Positions 1 to 10,352 are shown, numbered from the stretch's first letter. The stretch: 64,000 nt of DNA from a candidate division FCPU426 bacterium (GCA_963771075.1 CAVYSE010000026.1:64001-128000); one strand, 5' to 3'. The notes: generated by a model not told the origin, from the sequence alone. Made by a program: numbers and translations.

Positions 1-1
1 C

Positions 2-3000
2 ATCGAGAACAACAGCCCCTCCGCCACCGACTCCCTATCGGGTAGCACCCTTTCCTGCTTCCTCGCCGGGACCGGGGGGGCCTGCCAGAGCCTGCTCCTG
101 ACCCTGAACACCACCGCCACGGCGGGGGTAACCTCCACGAACTACGCCAACGTGACGGACATCACCAATGGGAAGACCTTCCTGGCCGGCCCCTGGACCT
201 ACAGCGGGAACGGGACCCTTCCCGTTACCCTGCCCGCCTCCGATTTCAGCATCACCTCGGCCTCCCCGGTATCCGCCAGTTTCGCCGTGACCCTGCTGGC
301 GGGGAACCAGAGCACCGTCCTGGGGACCTCCATCCCCGCCGGGTCGCCCCTCTCCCTGGTCGCCCCCCCGCAATACATTTACCGGTACCCCAGCTACAAC
401 AACCTCTCTCCCTTGAACCTGGCCGAGGACGGGAACTGGGAGACCTTCACTTTCAACGCCTACCTGACCGCGGCCGCCAGCAACCCGGTGACTTCCTATT
501 TGAAACTCGTGGACCAGACGGCGCCCGGGGGGCCGGTGACGGTGAGCGTGGGCGCGGTCACGGCTTCCACCGGGACGATCGAACCCGCCTTTACCATGCT
601 CTCCCAGCAGTTCGGGCTGGCCACTCCCGGGCAAATCGCGGTGAGCCAGGTGTTCGAGGAACTGCTCTACGCCGACGCCGGTGGGGTGACGCTATTGGAC
701 AGCTATCCGGTGGGGCCGACGAACGGGCAAACCGTCAACCTGGAAACCCCCTCGCCCTACTTGGCTTCCGCCACCCTGGCGAGCCTTGTGACGGACCCGG
801 TCAATAATGCCGTCCAGCAGTTCCTCCTGACCCTCACCGCCGACGCTTCCACGGGGGTCACGAAGACCAGTTACGCGAATGTCGCCGACCTCTCGAACGG
901 GAGGGTCTACTTGGCGGGCCCCTGGACCTACACGGGCTCCGGCACCAGTTTCCCGGTGACCCTGACCGGGGAGAATTTCAACATCACCACAGCGGGGGCC
1001 TCTGTCTCGGCCTCTTTTGCCGTGACCCTGCTGGATGAGACCCAAAGCAAGACCTTCAACAGCCTCATCCCCACGGGTTCGCCCATGATGGTGGAGGCTC
1101 CGAACCAATATATTTACCGAAGCTCCGGCTATAACAACGTCGCCTGCCAGAACCTGGCTGAGGACGGGAACTGCCAGGCCTTCACCTTCAACGCCTACGT
1201 GACCGGCCCCGGCAGCGGACCGATCACGACCTACTTGAAACTGGTGGACCTGACGGCCTCCGGCGGGCCGGTGACCTTAAGCTTCCCGCCGGTCACGGTG
1301 GTCTCATTTGAGCCCAGCTACACGATCCTGCCCCAGCAGGTTGGCTTAACCACGCCGGGACAAATCGCGGTCAGCCAGGTGTTCGAGGAACTGCTCTACG
1401 CCGACGCGGGAAGCGTGACGCTCTTGGACAGCTACCCGCTGGGAACCCTGAACCTGGAAACCCCCTCTCCCTACCTGGCTTCCAGTTCCATCCTGAGCCT
1501 GGTTAAAGATCCCAACAACCAGGCCACCCAGCAGTTCAGCCTGACTCTCAACGCAAACGCGCCCTCGGGGGTCACGAAAACCAGCTACGCGAACGTCGCC
1601 GACCTTTCGAACGGGAGGGTCTACTTGGTGGGCCCCTGGACCTACACGGGTTCCGGTAGCAGCTATTCCGTGACCTTGACGGGCGAGAATTTCAACATCA
1701 CCACCGCGGGGGCCTCGGTTACCGCCAGTTTTGCCGTAACCCTCCTGGGGGAAAACCAGACCACCGTTTATAATTCCTCCATTCCCTCGGGCTCGCCCAT
1801 AACGGTGGAGGCCCCGAACCAATATATTTTCCGAAGCTCCAGCTATAGCAATGTCGCCTGCCAGAACCTGGCCGAGGACGGGAACTGCCAGGCCTTCACC
1901 TTCAACACCTACTTGACCGGTCCCGGCAGCGGACCGATTACGACCTACTTGAAACTAGTGGACCTGACGGCATCCGGGGGGCCGGTGACCTTAAGTTTCC
2001 CGCCGGTCACGGTGGTCTCAATTGAGCCCGGCTATACCATCCTGCCCCAGCAGTTTGGATTGACGACACCCGGGCAAATCGCGGTCAGCCAGGTGTTCGA
2101 GGAGCTGCTCTACGCCGACGCGGGAAGCGTGACGCTCTTGGACAGCTACCCGCTAGGGACCCTGAACCTGGAAACTCCCTCACCCTACCTGGGCTCCGCC
2201 ACCCTCTCCTGCCTGCAGTCCGATCCTAACAACCAAGCCTGCCAGCAGGTGCTTTTGACCCTCAACCCGGTGGCCCCCGCGGGGGTCACGAAGACCAGCT
2301 ACGCGAACGTCGCCGACCTTTCGAACGGGAAGGTCTACTTGGTGGGCCCCTTCACCTACGCCGGGGCGGGCAGTTACTCCGTGACGCTCAATGGTTTCGA
2401 TTTCAATATCACCACCGCGGGGGCCCCGGTTACCGCAAATTTCGCCGTAACCCTCCTGGCGGAGAACCAAACCACCGTGTTCAATTCCTTGGTGCCCGCG
2501 GGCTCGCCCATGACGGTCGAGGCGCCGATCCAATACCTGTACCACACTACCAACAACAACCTCAGCTGCCTCACCTACGCCGAGGACGGAAACTGCGAAA
2601 CTTTCAACCTGAACTTCTATGTCGACTCGCCCAGCGGAACCGTCACGACCTACATGAGGCTGGTGGACCTGTCGGCGGCCGGAGGGCCCGTGACGGCCAA
2701 TTGCGGCGCGGTGACGGATAACGGCGGCGGAACCGATACAGGCTCCTTCAGCCTGCTGGCCCAGCAGTTCGGGCTGACCTCCCCGGCCCAGATCGCGGTG
2801 AGCCAGGTATTCGAGGAACTGCTTTACGCCGACGCCGCCGGGGTGACGCTCTTGGACGCCTACCCGGTGGGCTCCCTGAACCTGGAAACTCCCTCGCCCT
2901 ACCTAGCCTCCGCCAACCTGTCCTGCCTGCAGTCCGATCCTAACAACCAGGCCTGCCAGCAGCTTCTCCTGACCCTGAACGCCGTGGCGCCTTCGGGGGT

Positions 3001-4999
3001 CACGAAGACCAGCTACGCGAACGTCGTCGACCTGACCAACGGGAAGGTCTTTTTGATCGGCCCCTGGACCTATACGGGTTCCGGCACCAGCTATTCCGTG
3101 ACCCTCAACGGGTCCGATTTCAACGTGATGACCGCGGGCGCGACGGTTTCGACCAATTTCGCGGTGACCCTGCTGGATGAGACCCAGGCCAAGACCTTCA
3201 ATTCCCTCGTGCCCACGGGCTCACCCGTCACCTTCGAGGCCCCTGAGCAATATATCAACCGTGTCAACAGCAGCCTCAGTTGCCTGACGAGCGCCGAGGA
3301 CGGGAACTGCGAGACCTTCAACTACGCTTTATACGTCAATTCCCCTTCCGGCGCTTCCGTGACGACTTACACCCGGATCGTCGACCTGACATCGGGCGGG
3401 GGGCCGGTGACGGTGAATTGCGGGGCGGTGACGGATAACGGCGGCGGGGGCACGTCGAGTTCTTACTCCCTATCGGCCCAGCAATTCGGCCTTTCCTCTC
3501 CCGGGCAGATCGCGGTTAGCCAGGTTTTCGAGGCGCTTCTCTACGCCGACGCTGGCGGTGTGACACTCTTGGACAGCTATCCGTTGAAGACCTTGAACTT
3601 GGAAACTCCCTCACCCTACATCACAGGAAGCGCCCTCACTTGCCTGACGTCCGACAGCCTAAACCAGGCCTGCCAGGTGTTCCAATTGCTCTTGAACCTC
3701 CAGGGGGCCGCCGGGGCTTACCAGACCAACTACGCCTACCTGGGCGACGCGACCAATGGGAACCGCTTGACGCTGGGTCCCTTCAGCTATACAGGGTCGG
3801 GAAGCTTCGCGGTCACCCTCAGCGGTAGGCAATTGGGCCTGGGCACCCTGGGGTTCCCCGTTTCCAGCCAACTGGCCGTGACGTTATTGAATGGGGCCCA
3901 GAACAAAGTCTTGGGGGTTTCTTTCCCCGCCGGTGGCGCCCCCGCCACCCTGGAAACGCCCCCGGGCTATATCAACTCAACGTCGCTCAACTATCAAACG
4001 AGGGCGGAAGACGGCAATTGGAATACCTTCACCTTCTACTTCAACGCCTATACCCCCGGCTCCGCCACGACCCTGGTCGGGATGGTCCTGTTGTGGGATA
4101 CCACCAACGGGAACTCCGTGACCGAGGGCCCGGTGACCTACAGCGGCAATAGCTACTCCTGGACCATCACGGCGGCCCAATTGGGGTTGGCCCCGGGCCA
4201 GGCGGCCGTCAATCAGCAAATGGTGGCCCAGTTATACGATTCCACTGGCACGAAGCTTTACGACGCCAGCACTTTGGGAGCCTTCAACCTGGAAGGTTCC
4301 GAGGACACATTAAGTTCAAGCGCGGTTACCTGCTTGACCACCGACTCGGTCAACGGGGCCTGCCAGGCCTTCCAGCTGACCCTCAACGCCAACTCCCCCG
4401 CGGGAGTTTCCCAATTGGGTTACGCCCGCGTTTACGATCTGACCAACGGTCAAAACATCCTGGTCGGGCCTTGGAGCTTCACTGGAACCGGAACGGGCTA
4501 TGCGGTGACCCTGTCGGGTTACGACCTGGGCTTCACGACCCCCAACGCGCCCGCTTCCGCCTCGATGGCGGTGACGTTCTATAACGAGGCGCAGAACCAG
4601 ATACTCTCGGTCGGCACCCCAACCGGATCGCCTTTTATGCTCGAGGAACCCCCCGCTTATATTGACTACGCGAGCCTGGCTGCCCCGGTCTCGCTCTTGG
4701 CGGAAGACGGCAACGCCACGGCCTTGAACCTCACCTTCTATGCCTACACGCCTGGTTGTACGGGCTCCCAGACGAGCCTGATCCGGCTGGTGGACACGAC
4801 CACGGGGACGGCGGTCACCCTGGGGCCGCAGACCTATACCTGCGGTAGTTGGGTGTTCCCGGTTTCGGCAAGCCAGTTCGGACTGGCTCCCGGCCAGGCG
4901 GCGGTCAGCCAGGCCTTCACGGCGGAGCTTTGGAACGCGGCGGGAACCAGCGTGTGGGATACCAAAACGCTGGGCACCTTTAACATCGAGGGACCATAA
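2..4999 (+). CDS. Giant repetitive secreted/surface protein, 5' end outside window
   Basis: Frame is open from base 2 (IENNSPSATDSLSGSTLSCFLAG...). About 6.5-7 tandem ~238-aa units (GPWTY.G...AEDGN...QQFGL.TPGQIAVSQVFEELLYADAG...LNLETPSPYL), rich in T/S/G/N, with Cys pairs. Confidence 0.85.
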   Translation: MENNSPSATDSLSGSTLSCFLAGTGGACQSLLLTLNTTATAGVTSTNYANVTDITNGKTFLAGPWTYSGNGTLPVTLPASDFSITSASPVSASFAVTLLAGNQSTVLGTSIPAGSPLSLVAPPQYIYRYPSYNNLSPLNLAEDGNWETFTFNAYLTAAASNPVTSYLKLVDQTAPGGPVTVSVGAVTASTGTIEPAFTMLSQQFGLATPGQIAVSQVFEELLYADAGGVTLLDSYPVGPTNGQTVNLETPSPYLASATLASLVTDPVNNAVQQFLLTLTADASTGVTKTSYANVADLSNGRVYLAGPWTYTGSGTSFPVTLTGENFNITTAGASVSASFAVTLLDETQSKTFNSLIPTGSPMMVEAPNQYIYRSSGYNNVACQNLAEDGNCQAFTFNAYVTGPGSGPITTYLKLVDLTASGGPVTLSFPPVTVVSFEPSYTILPQQVGLTTPGQIAVSQVFEELLYADAGSVTLLDSYPLGTLNLETPSPYLASSSILSLVKDPNNQATQQFSLTLNANAPSGVTKTSYANVADLSNGRVYLVGPWTYTGSGSSYSVTLTGENFNITTAGASVTASFAVTLLGENQTTVYNSSIPSGSPITVEAPNQYIFRSSSYSNVACQNLAEDGNCQAFTFNTYLTGPGSGPITTYLKLVDLTASGGPVTLSFPPVTVVSIEPGYTILPQQFGLTTPGQIAVSQVFEELLYADAGSVTLLDSYPLGTLNLETPSPYLGSATLSCLQSDPNNQACQQVLLTLNPVAPAGVTKTSYANVADLSNGKVYLVGPFTYAGAGSYSVTLNGFDFNITTAGAPVTANFAVTLLAENQTTVFNSLVPAGSPMTVEAPIQYLYHTTNNNLSCLTYAEDGNCETFNLNFYVDSPSGTVTTYMRLVDLSAAGGPVTANCGAVTDNGGGTDTGSFSLLAQQFGLTSPAQIAVSQVFEELLYADAAGVTLLDAYPVGSLNLETPSPYLASANLSCLQSDPNNQACQQLLLTLNAVAPSGVTKTSYANVVDLTNGKVFLIGPWTYTGSGTSYSVTLNGSDFNVMTAGATVSTNFAVTLLDETQAKTFNSLVPTGSPVTFEAPEQYINRVNSSLSCLTSAEDGNCETFNYALYVNSPSGASVTTYTRIVDLTSGGGPVTVNCGAVTDNGGGGTSSSYSLSAQQFGLSSPGQIAVSQVFEALLYADAGGVTLLDSYPLKTLNLETPSPYITGSALTCLTSDSLNQACQVFQLLLNLQGAAGAYQTNYAYLGDATNGNRLTLGPFSYTGSGSFAVTLSGRQLGLGTLGFPVSSQLAVTLLNGAQNKVLGVSFPAGGAPATLETPPGYINSTSLNYQTRAEDGNWNTFTFYFNAYTPGSATTLVGMVLLWDTTNGNSVTEGPVTYSGNSYSWTITAAQLGLAPGQAAVNQQMVAQLYDSTGTKLYDASTLGAFNLEGSEDTLSSSAVTCLTTDSVNGACQAFQLTLNANSPAGVSQLGYARVYDLTNGQNILVGPWSFTGTGTGYAVTLSGYDLGFTTPNAPASASMAVTFYNEAQNQILSVGTPTGSPFMLEEPPAYIDYASLAAPVSLLAEDGNATALNLTFYAYTPGCTGSQTSLIRLVDTTTGTAVTLGPQTYTCGSWVFPVSASQFGLAPGQAAVSQAFTAELWNAAGTSVWDTKTLGTFNIEGP

Positions 5000-5092
5000 G
5001 ACCCGTTTCAGAAAATGATAGATTGCCTGACCCGGAATGGACAAGAAAAAAGTGGAAAGATGTTGTTTAAGCCAATGAGAGGAGGATATCCG

Positions 5093-5524
5093 ATGCCATC
5101 AGACAAGAATGACGGTATGGAAGCGAATGCGACCTATTCGGTTGAAAAGTGGAAGGAGGAAAACTGGAATGTTATTTCTCCCGAAGTGAAAATGACAAAG
5201 GCTTCGGTAGAATTTGCCTTGACGGGAGAAATGGAATGCAAGGCGACCGTGGAATATCTCATGTTCTATAAAAGCTTTGATTCGAAGGATCCCCATAAAT
5301 CCTCCGCGAAATATGTTGGCATGATGAAATTGACCGGGAAAATAAACGGAAAAGCCGGGAGTTTTGCGATTGAAGATCATGGCACTTTCGAAGCAGGTGT
5401 CGCCCTTTCTAATTTGTCGATCCTGGAGGGGTCAGGATCGGGGGAATTGAGAGGAATTAAAGGAAGTGGGGAATACCGTGCCGGCCAAAATGGCAGTTCC
5501 TTTAAGTTGAATTACAATTTCTAA
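5093..5524 (+). CDS. DUF3224 domain protein
   Basis: Motifs W.E...KASV...GE.E..ATVEYLM.Y and G..GSF..ED.GTF...I..GSG.GEL.GI.G.G; AGGAGG SD before ATG 5093. Confidence 0.8.
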   Translation: MPSDKNDGMEANATYSVEKWKEENWNVISPEVKMTKASVEFALTGEMECKATVEYLMFYKSFDSKDPHKSSAKYVGMMKLTGKINGKAGSFAIEDHGTFEAGVALSNLSILEGSGSGELRGIKGSGEYRAGQNGSSFKLNYNF

Positions 5525-5835
5525 AATTCTATTGTTTTTCTCCTTCCACGATGGGGATCCATTTTTTGCGGCTACCCATGGAATGCTTTTTCCCCGAAAC
5601 AACAGGTTTAACGCGATTCACTTCGGAAGAGTCGTTTTCTGAGGAAACGATAGCATTTGTTTTCGACTTTAAGGGGATGAGGGAAGACTTTTCAGTACCC
5701 GGATAAACCCGCGGTTTGAATAGGGGATATCTCTTCCGTTCATATAAAAAAATAGATAAAATTTTAGAATCGGAAATCGTACTTTTCCCATCTCCACCAT
5801 CGATTCATTCTGTGACTTTTGATGAGGAGTATCGG

Positions 5836-6219
5836 ATGATCTTCTCGAGGAAAAAGCCTGAAAAAAGGGCCTATGCCCGCCACCCGGTCAAGGTGCCCGT
5901 CAAGTTCCGGTCGGGCGCGGACGAACAGGTCTTCCAAACCATGGATGATTGGCGGAGCGCGGAACAAAACGGCTTCACCCTGGACCTGAGCCTGGGGGGC
6001 ATGAGCCTCGTATCGGACCATCCCCTCACGGTGGGGGAAGTCCTGCGTTTTGACGTCTATCTTCTCGACCAGAAAAACAAGGTGAGCCTTTACGCCGCCG
6101 TGCGATGGGTGAACGAAAAGAACGCGGGCATCCGTTTCATATGGGTTCGCCCCAAGGATATGGACGTCCTGAAGGAATTCATCCAAAAATTATCCTCGGC
6201 CCAGGCCGCCCTCGGCTAG
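5836..6219 (+). CDS. PilZ domain protein (c-di-GMP binding)
   Basis: EKRAYAR (RxxxR) and DLSLGG (DxSxxG) motifs; GAGGAG SD before ATG 5836. Confidence 0.85.
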   Translation: MIFSRKKPEKRAYARHPVKVPVKFRSGADEQVFQTMDDWRSAEQNGFTLDLSLGGMSLVSDHPLTVGEVLRFDVYLLDQKNKVSLYAAVRWVNEKNAGIRFIWVRPKDMDVLKEFIQKLSSAQAALG

Positions 6220-6225
6220 TTTCTG

Positions 6226-6642
6226 TCAACCGGCCCCATTTTTCCCAGACTGTTTACCTATCCCCTTCACCGGTTTTTTCACCAAGATCTGTTCAATGGT
6301 TTTAACCAGTTTTTTCATGGCCACCGGTTTCTCGAAAAAGGCCTTGATGGAGGGTTCTTCCCGCATCAGCGTTTCCTTGTATTGCCCATAAGCCGAAACG
6401 ACCATAACCGGCAGGTCGGTGTGCAGGCTCAAGTGGGGGATCAGGTCAGTCCCGTTCATGTCGGGAAGCATGAGGTCGGTGAGAACCAGGTCCACCATTT
6501 GGGATCGCAGCGCGAGCAGGGCATCGATGGACTTGTCAAATCCCAAGACCTTGAACCCCGCGGCGTGAAATGATTTCTGGTAAAGCATCAAGAGGCTTCG
6601 GCTGTCTTCGACAACGAGAATCGTACCCTTGGTCTTTTTCAT
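6226..6642 (-). CDS. Single-domain response regulator (CheY-like receiver)
   Basis: ILVVEDS, DLVLTDLMLPDMNG, VVSA and KPV receiver motifs. Confidence 0.9.
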   Translation of the reverse strand: MKKTKGTILVVEDSRSLLMLYQKSFHAAGFKVLGFDKSIDALLALRSQMVDLVLTDLMLPDMNGTDLIPHLSLHTDLPVMVVSAYGQYKETLMREEPSIKAFFEKPVAMKKLVKTIEQILVKKPVKGIGKQSGKNGAG

Positions 6643-7070
6643 GGCGACTTCCTTTCGTGGGCGGTGCCCGAAGCGAAAAGAGAACGTCTTCCATTCAACC
6701 GTATGGCTCATCCATACCCTGGGTCGAACCCGCGGCGCCTGGGGAATAGGACGGGTGGGGCGGGTCCTAGAATTATTTTAACTCGTTTAAGAAAAGCCGG
6801 CCTTGGATATTCGCCGTAATTTTTTTTAGGGAACCCCTGCCGGAATTAAAGCATTTTTTATGCCTCGTTCCCCTTGCCGAATTCATGGCATTGTCCCGAG
6901 TCTTTGGCCGGAATTGGGTGGAAAGCCATGTTTGCCACCTGCCCGAAAACCCCGAATCCGATTAAGATGAAGGTTCGAAAACCCCTGGGAGGACGACCAT
7001 CACCGAGCCTGTTATTTCCCGAAACCCAAGACCCAATCAGGATTTCTTTACACCCTGGACACTGCCCCTG

Positions 7071-8963
7071 GTGTTTTGCTTTGTCCTGGTGGCCCTATTA
7101 GGCATGCGAAAAACCGCGGCTTATGACCTGGGATTTCACCTTAAGGGCGGCCAATGGATCGCGGAACACCACCAGGTGCCCCTCACGGATACCTATACCT
7201 ATAGCGCGCAGGGCAAACCCTATGTGGATTCCCATTGGCTTTACCAGCTCGCCCTTTACGGCCTTTACCGGACAGGGAGTTATGAATCCCTTACCCTGGC
7301 GCATGTTGCCTTGCTCCTGTGTGTTTTTTGCCTGTTGGCCCTCCGTTGCCGGGTTTCCCATGCTCCCGCCTGGGCGACGCCGACTCTCCTGGCAGGGGCG
7401 ATTTTCATCATGGAAAGAAGGTTCATGGAGAGGCCGGAAATCCTTTCCTGGTTATTGCTGGGGGCCACCCTTGGGGTCATGGAAAACCAAGGCCGCCTCG
7501 GTAAAAGGACACTGTGGCTTTTGCCCTTGATCCAACTGTTATGGGTCAATATTGAGGGCCTGTTCGTATTGGGCTGGATCGTCCTGGGAGCCTATTGGGC
7601 GGACGCTTGGTGGGAGCGAAAGAAGCCCGATGCCCGGCTTACCCTTATCCTGGCCCTTTCGATAGGGGCGGATTTAATCAATCCCAATTTCATTTGGGGC
7701 GTCGCCTACCCCTTTTCCTTCATCTCAAAGCTGCAGGGTGACATCTACAACCAAACCGTGATGGAACTGCTTTCCATCCCCGGGTTCCTGTCCAATTCGG
7801 GCTTCGCGAGGGATTCCAAAGGATTCATCTATGTGTTTTTTCTTTATTTTTTGCTGGTAATCCTGTCCCTGGCCCTCCAGAAGAAAAAAGCACCTGAAAT
7901 CCTATTAGCTGCGGCCTTCTTTTATCTTTCCTTTAAGGCGGTGCGCAACATTCCCCTGGCTATGATCGTGACCCTGCCCACCGCCGTCCTGGGTTTGAGG
8001 GAATTGCATGGGAGGTTTGGGGCCTGGTTGGCAAAGGCCCCCTCCCTCGCAAAGGTTAGGGAGGGCATGCCATTTTCCAAGGCGGTTGGATGGGGTATCC
8101 CCTTTTTGGCCGCCTTGTGGATCGGCCTCTGGGGCTCGCGGGTGGCCACCAACGCCTATTACCTCTCCGATGTCCGGCCGGAACAATTCGGTTTGGGGCT
8201 GGATAAGGGTAAACTTCCCGTTGAGGCATCCCTTTACCTCACGCGAGAGGGGCTGGACGGCAAGGTTTTGAACTCGCCGAATTTCGGCGGTTGGCTGGAG
8301 TGGACCCGAAACCTGCCCGTTTATATGGACGGCCGGTGGGAGGTGATGGGGGACGACCTTTACCGCCGTTATCTCGATATGACCTTTTCCAACGGGCAGG
8401 CCATGGGCGGGGTCAGCGCCGAGTTGTTCAACACGAAGGCGGAGATCGTCGTTTTCGATCCCCGGACCGAGTCTTCCTGGATCGCGCAGTTGAAGAACCT
8501 TCCCGCCTGGCGCCTGGTATACCTGGATGATTGCGCCGCCATTTACCTCACCAGGGGCTACCGGGACGATCTGCCTGAACTGGATTGGGACAGGATGGTC
8601 TCATCCAGCGGGCTCCATCCTGTGACCCAGCGGGACCTGGTGGAGGGGATGGGCGGGTTGGGAACGTCCGAATTCGGCTATTGGTTGGAGGGCTTTTACC
8701 GTCCCCGGACATTCCCCTGGGGACTGCTTAACCGAAGCCTTCTTGCCATGGAATATCAAAGGCGGGACGCGCAAATGTCATTGGACCTGGAAATGGTCCG
8801 CCGAACGGATGGTTTTTACCGTCCCTTTTTGGATCTGCTGGTCCAGGATTGTATCGATCAAGGCAACAAGGCGGGAGCCCGGCTGGGGTTACAGCGGATC
8901 CTGATGTTGGACCCGGGCGACGCAAAAGCCCAAAGGGATTTTTATTCGCTTTCATCCCCGTGA
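7071..8963 (+). CDS. Polytopic membrane protein, GT-C/ArnT-like N-terminus and TPR-like C-terminus
   Basis: D.G.HL..G.WI...P..D.Y.Y first loop, RPE motif, many TM segments, YMDGR.E motif. True start may be upstream at about 6999. Confidence 0.65.
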   Translation: MFCFVLVALLGMRKTAAYDLGFHLKGGQWIAEHHQVPLTDTYTYSAQGKPYVDSHWLYQLALYGLYRTGSYESLTLAHVALLLCVFCLLALRCRVSHAPAWATPTLLAGAIFIMERRFMERPEILSWLLLGATLGVMENQGRLGKRTLWLLPLIQLLWVNIEGLFVLGWIVLGAYWADAWWERKKPDARLTLILALSIGADLINPNFIWGVAYPFSFISKLQGDIYNQTVMELLSIPGFLSNSGFARDSKGFIYVFFLYFLLVILSLALQKKKAPEILLAAAFFYLSFKAVRNIPLAMIVTLPTAVLGLRELHGRFGAWLAKAPSLAKVREGMPFSKAVGWGIPFLAALWIGLWGSRVATNAYYLSDVRPEQFGLGLDKGKLPVEASLYLTREGLDGKVLNSPNFGGWLEWTRNLPVYMDGRWEVMGDDLYRRYLDMTFSNGQAMGGVSAELFNTKAEIVVFDPRTESSWIAQLKNLPAWRLVYLDDCAAIYLTRGYRDDLPELDWDRMVSSSGLHPVTQRDLVEGMGGLGTSEFGYWLEGFYRPRTFPWGLLNRSLLAMEYQRRDAQMSLDLEMVRRTDGFYRPFLDLLVQDCIDQGNKAGARLGLQRILMLDPGDAKAQRDFYSLSSP

Positions 8964-9065
8964 GAAAAGGGGACATCCTAGTAAAGTGTTGAGTGTTGGC
9001 CTGGCCCTAATGTTTCCCACCGTGGACAACCTTTCGATTCCAAAAAGTTAAAACATCCGGGTCGA

Positions 9066-9323
9066 TCAGCCGGTCTTCTTCAGTCCCAATTTATGCTCGA
9101 TTTTGCGGACGCGTTCTTCCAGGGTTAAATTTTCCGACATCGAGCGCTTTAAAATCGAGTTCATGAGGGTTTGGTATGGGATTCCTTGTTTTTTCCCCTC
9201 CTCGATAAGCCAATGGTAAACAGTCTCATCCAGCCGGAAGGTTTTCTGAATCTTAGAACCCTTGGAAGCCAAAAGAGGGCCTCTATGAACCTTGGCTTTT
9301 GAAAAATCATATTCTTTTTTCAT
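9066..9323 (-). CDS. BrnA-family antitoxin
   Basis: MKKEYDFSKA...TFRLD..V..W...GIPYQTLMN pattern; overlaps the 3' end of a BrnT-like gene. Confidence 0.85.
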   Translation of the reverse strand: MKKEYDFSKAKVHRGPLLASKGSKIQKTFRLDETVYHWLIEEGKKQGIPYQTLMNSILKRSMSENLTLEERVRKIEHKLGLKKTG

Positions 9324-9579
9324 AGTTTTCCCGTTCCTTTCTTGTGGCTTTCCTGGCCGAGATGATTCGGATGACATCCATTTCCCGGTACGCGTAAACC
9401 ACCACCAACAGGTTTAATTTCTTTGAATACCCAAGCGCGATGAATCTTTGTTCGTGGTGTTCAATATCTTACAACACCAATTGAACGTCGGATTCCAAGA
9501 CGGATTGGGCCTCTTCAAACGAGACCCCATGTTTTATTAGATTGGAAGCGGCTTTCCGGGGATCCCAAATGACGAGCAT
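9307..9579 (-). pseudogene. BrnT-family toxin with in-frame TAA at 9469-9471
   Basis: Manual translation MLVIWDPRKAASNLIKHGVSFEEAQSVLESDVQLVL*DIEHHEQRFIALG...IRIISARKATRKERENYEKRI. Confidence 0.85.
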
Positions 9580-9591
9580 GAATCAAGTATA

Positions 9592-9618
9592 AACTACGTT
9601 GTAGTTACATTGCAATGT
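9592..9618. promoter_or_regulatory. Palindromic operator-like sites upstream of brnTA
   Basis: AACTAC-gtt-GTAGTT and perfect ACATTGCAATGT just upstream of the toxin start. Confidence 0.45.
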
Positions 9619-9627
9619 GTTCTCCCT

Positions 9628-9690
9628 GTCCACGTTGGGTCCCCGCCATGTAGCATGCGCTTGCGCTTAGCTACATGGCCCGTCGTGGAC
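9628..9690. repeat. GTCCAC...GTGGAC palindromic inter-module repeat (long form)
   Basis: gtccacgttgggtcccc-[gccatgtagc...gctacatggc hairpin]-ccgtcgtggac. Confidence 0.8.
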
Positions 9691-9700
9691 GACTTTTTCA

Positions 9701-10012
9701 TCACTCGAAAGCGGAATCATCCAAAAGACGAGACCCATGAATGATCCGAAGAATATAAACCGTTTTTTGGGAGATCCGGAAAATCGTCCTGTAATCCCCA
9801 TACAAGATATGCCGATAGGCCGTCCCTAATACTTCATTTTCCGGAACAGAAGGGCATCTTTCCGGGTAGTGCTCCAAAGTGGTGATTTGTTGTTCTATTC
9901 TAGAGATGAACTTTGCCGCTTCCCGAGAACTGTCCTTGCCAATAAAATCCCAAATTTCCCTCAAATCCCCTTCGGCGGTTCGGGTGATCTTAACCTGGTA
10001 TCGAATGGGCAT
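9701..10012 (-). CDS. RelE/ParE-family toxin
   Basis: YQVKITRTAEGDL.EI..FI...YR.I...YR.IFRI....VYILRIIHG.R pattern. Confidence 0.9.
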   Translation of the reverse strand: MPIRYQVKITRTAEGDLREIWDFIGKDSSREAAKFISRIEQQITTLEHYPERCPSVPENEVLGTAYRHILYGDYRTIFRISQKTVYILRIIHGSRLLDDSAFE

Positions 10013-10274
10013 GCATGAACTCTTTCAAGAAGGCGCGAACGGGACGCACGCGGTGGGCTGTCACGTCTTTCTCGGCGGAAACAAGTTCGCGGGCAAGATT
10101 CACCGCGCTCAAATAGACTTCATAGGATTTTGAGTTCATCAATACGGCGTCAGCTTTTCCATTTACGGTTAACACAACGGGACGACCGGTCCGGTGGATT
10201 TGGTCCAATAGACTGCGGGTGTTTCGCTTCAAATCGGTCACCGACCGGATGTCCTCGGAAAATTTAATTCCCAT
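9990..10274 (-). CDS. Phd/YefM-family antitoxin
   Basis: DIRSVTDLKRN...P.VLTVNGKA.AV pattern; overlaps toxin start; inverted repeat TTAAGCA...TGCTTAA at 10291-10314. Confidence 0.9.
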   Translation of the reverse strand: MGIKFSEDIRSVTDLKRNTRSLLDQIHRTGRPVVLTVNGKADAVLMNSKSYEVYLSAVNLARELVSAEKDVTAHRVRPVRAFLKEFMHAHSIPG

Positions 10275-10352
10275 AGCCGCCCCCCTTAGCTTAAGCATCT
10301 AATGTGGTGCTTAATTTAGCATCATTCAACCAAGGCTTCAACCCCTTAGGTA

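Noticed and set aside
2..4999. Diversity-generating retroelement template/variable repeats
   Set aside because: The repeats are in-frame domain duplications, differences are not adenine-specific, and no reverse transcriptase is present.
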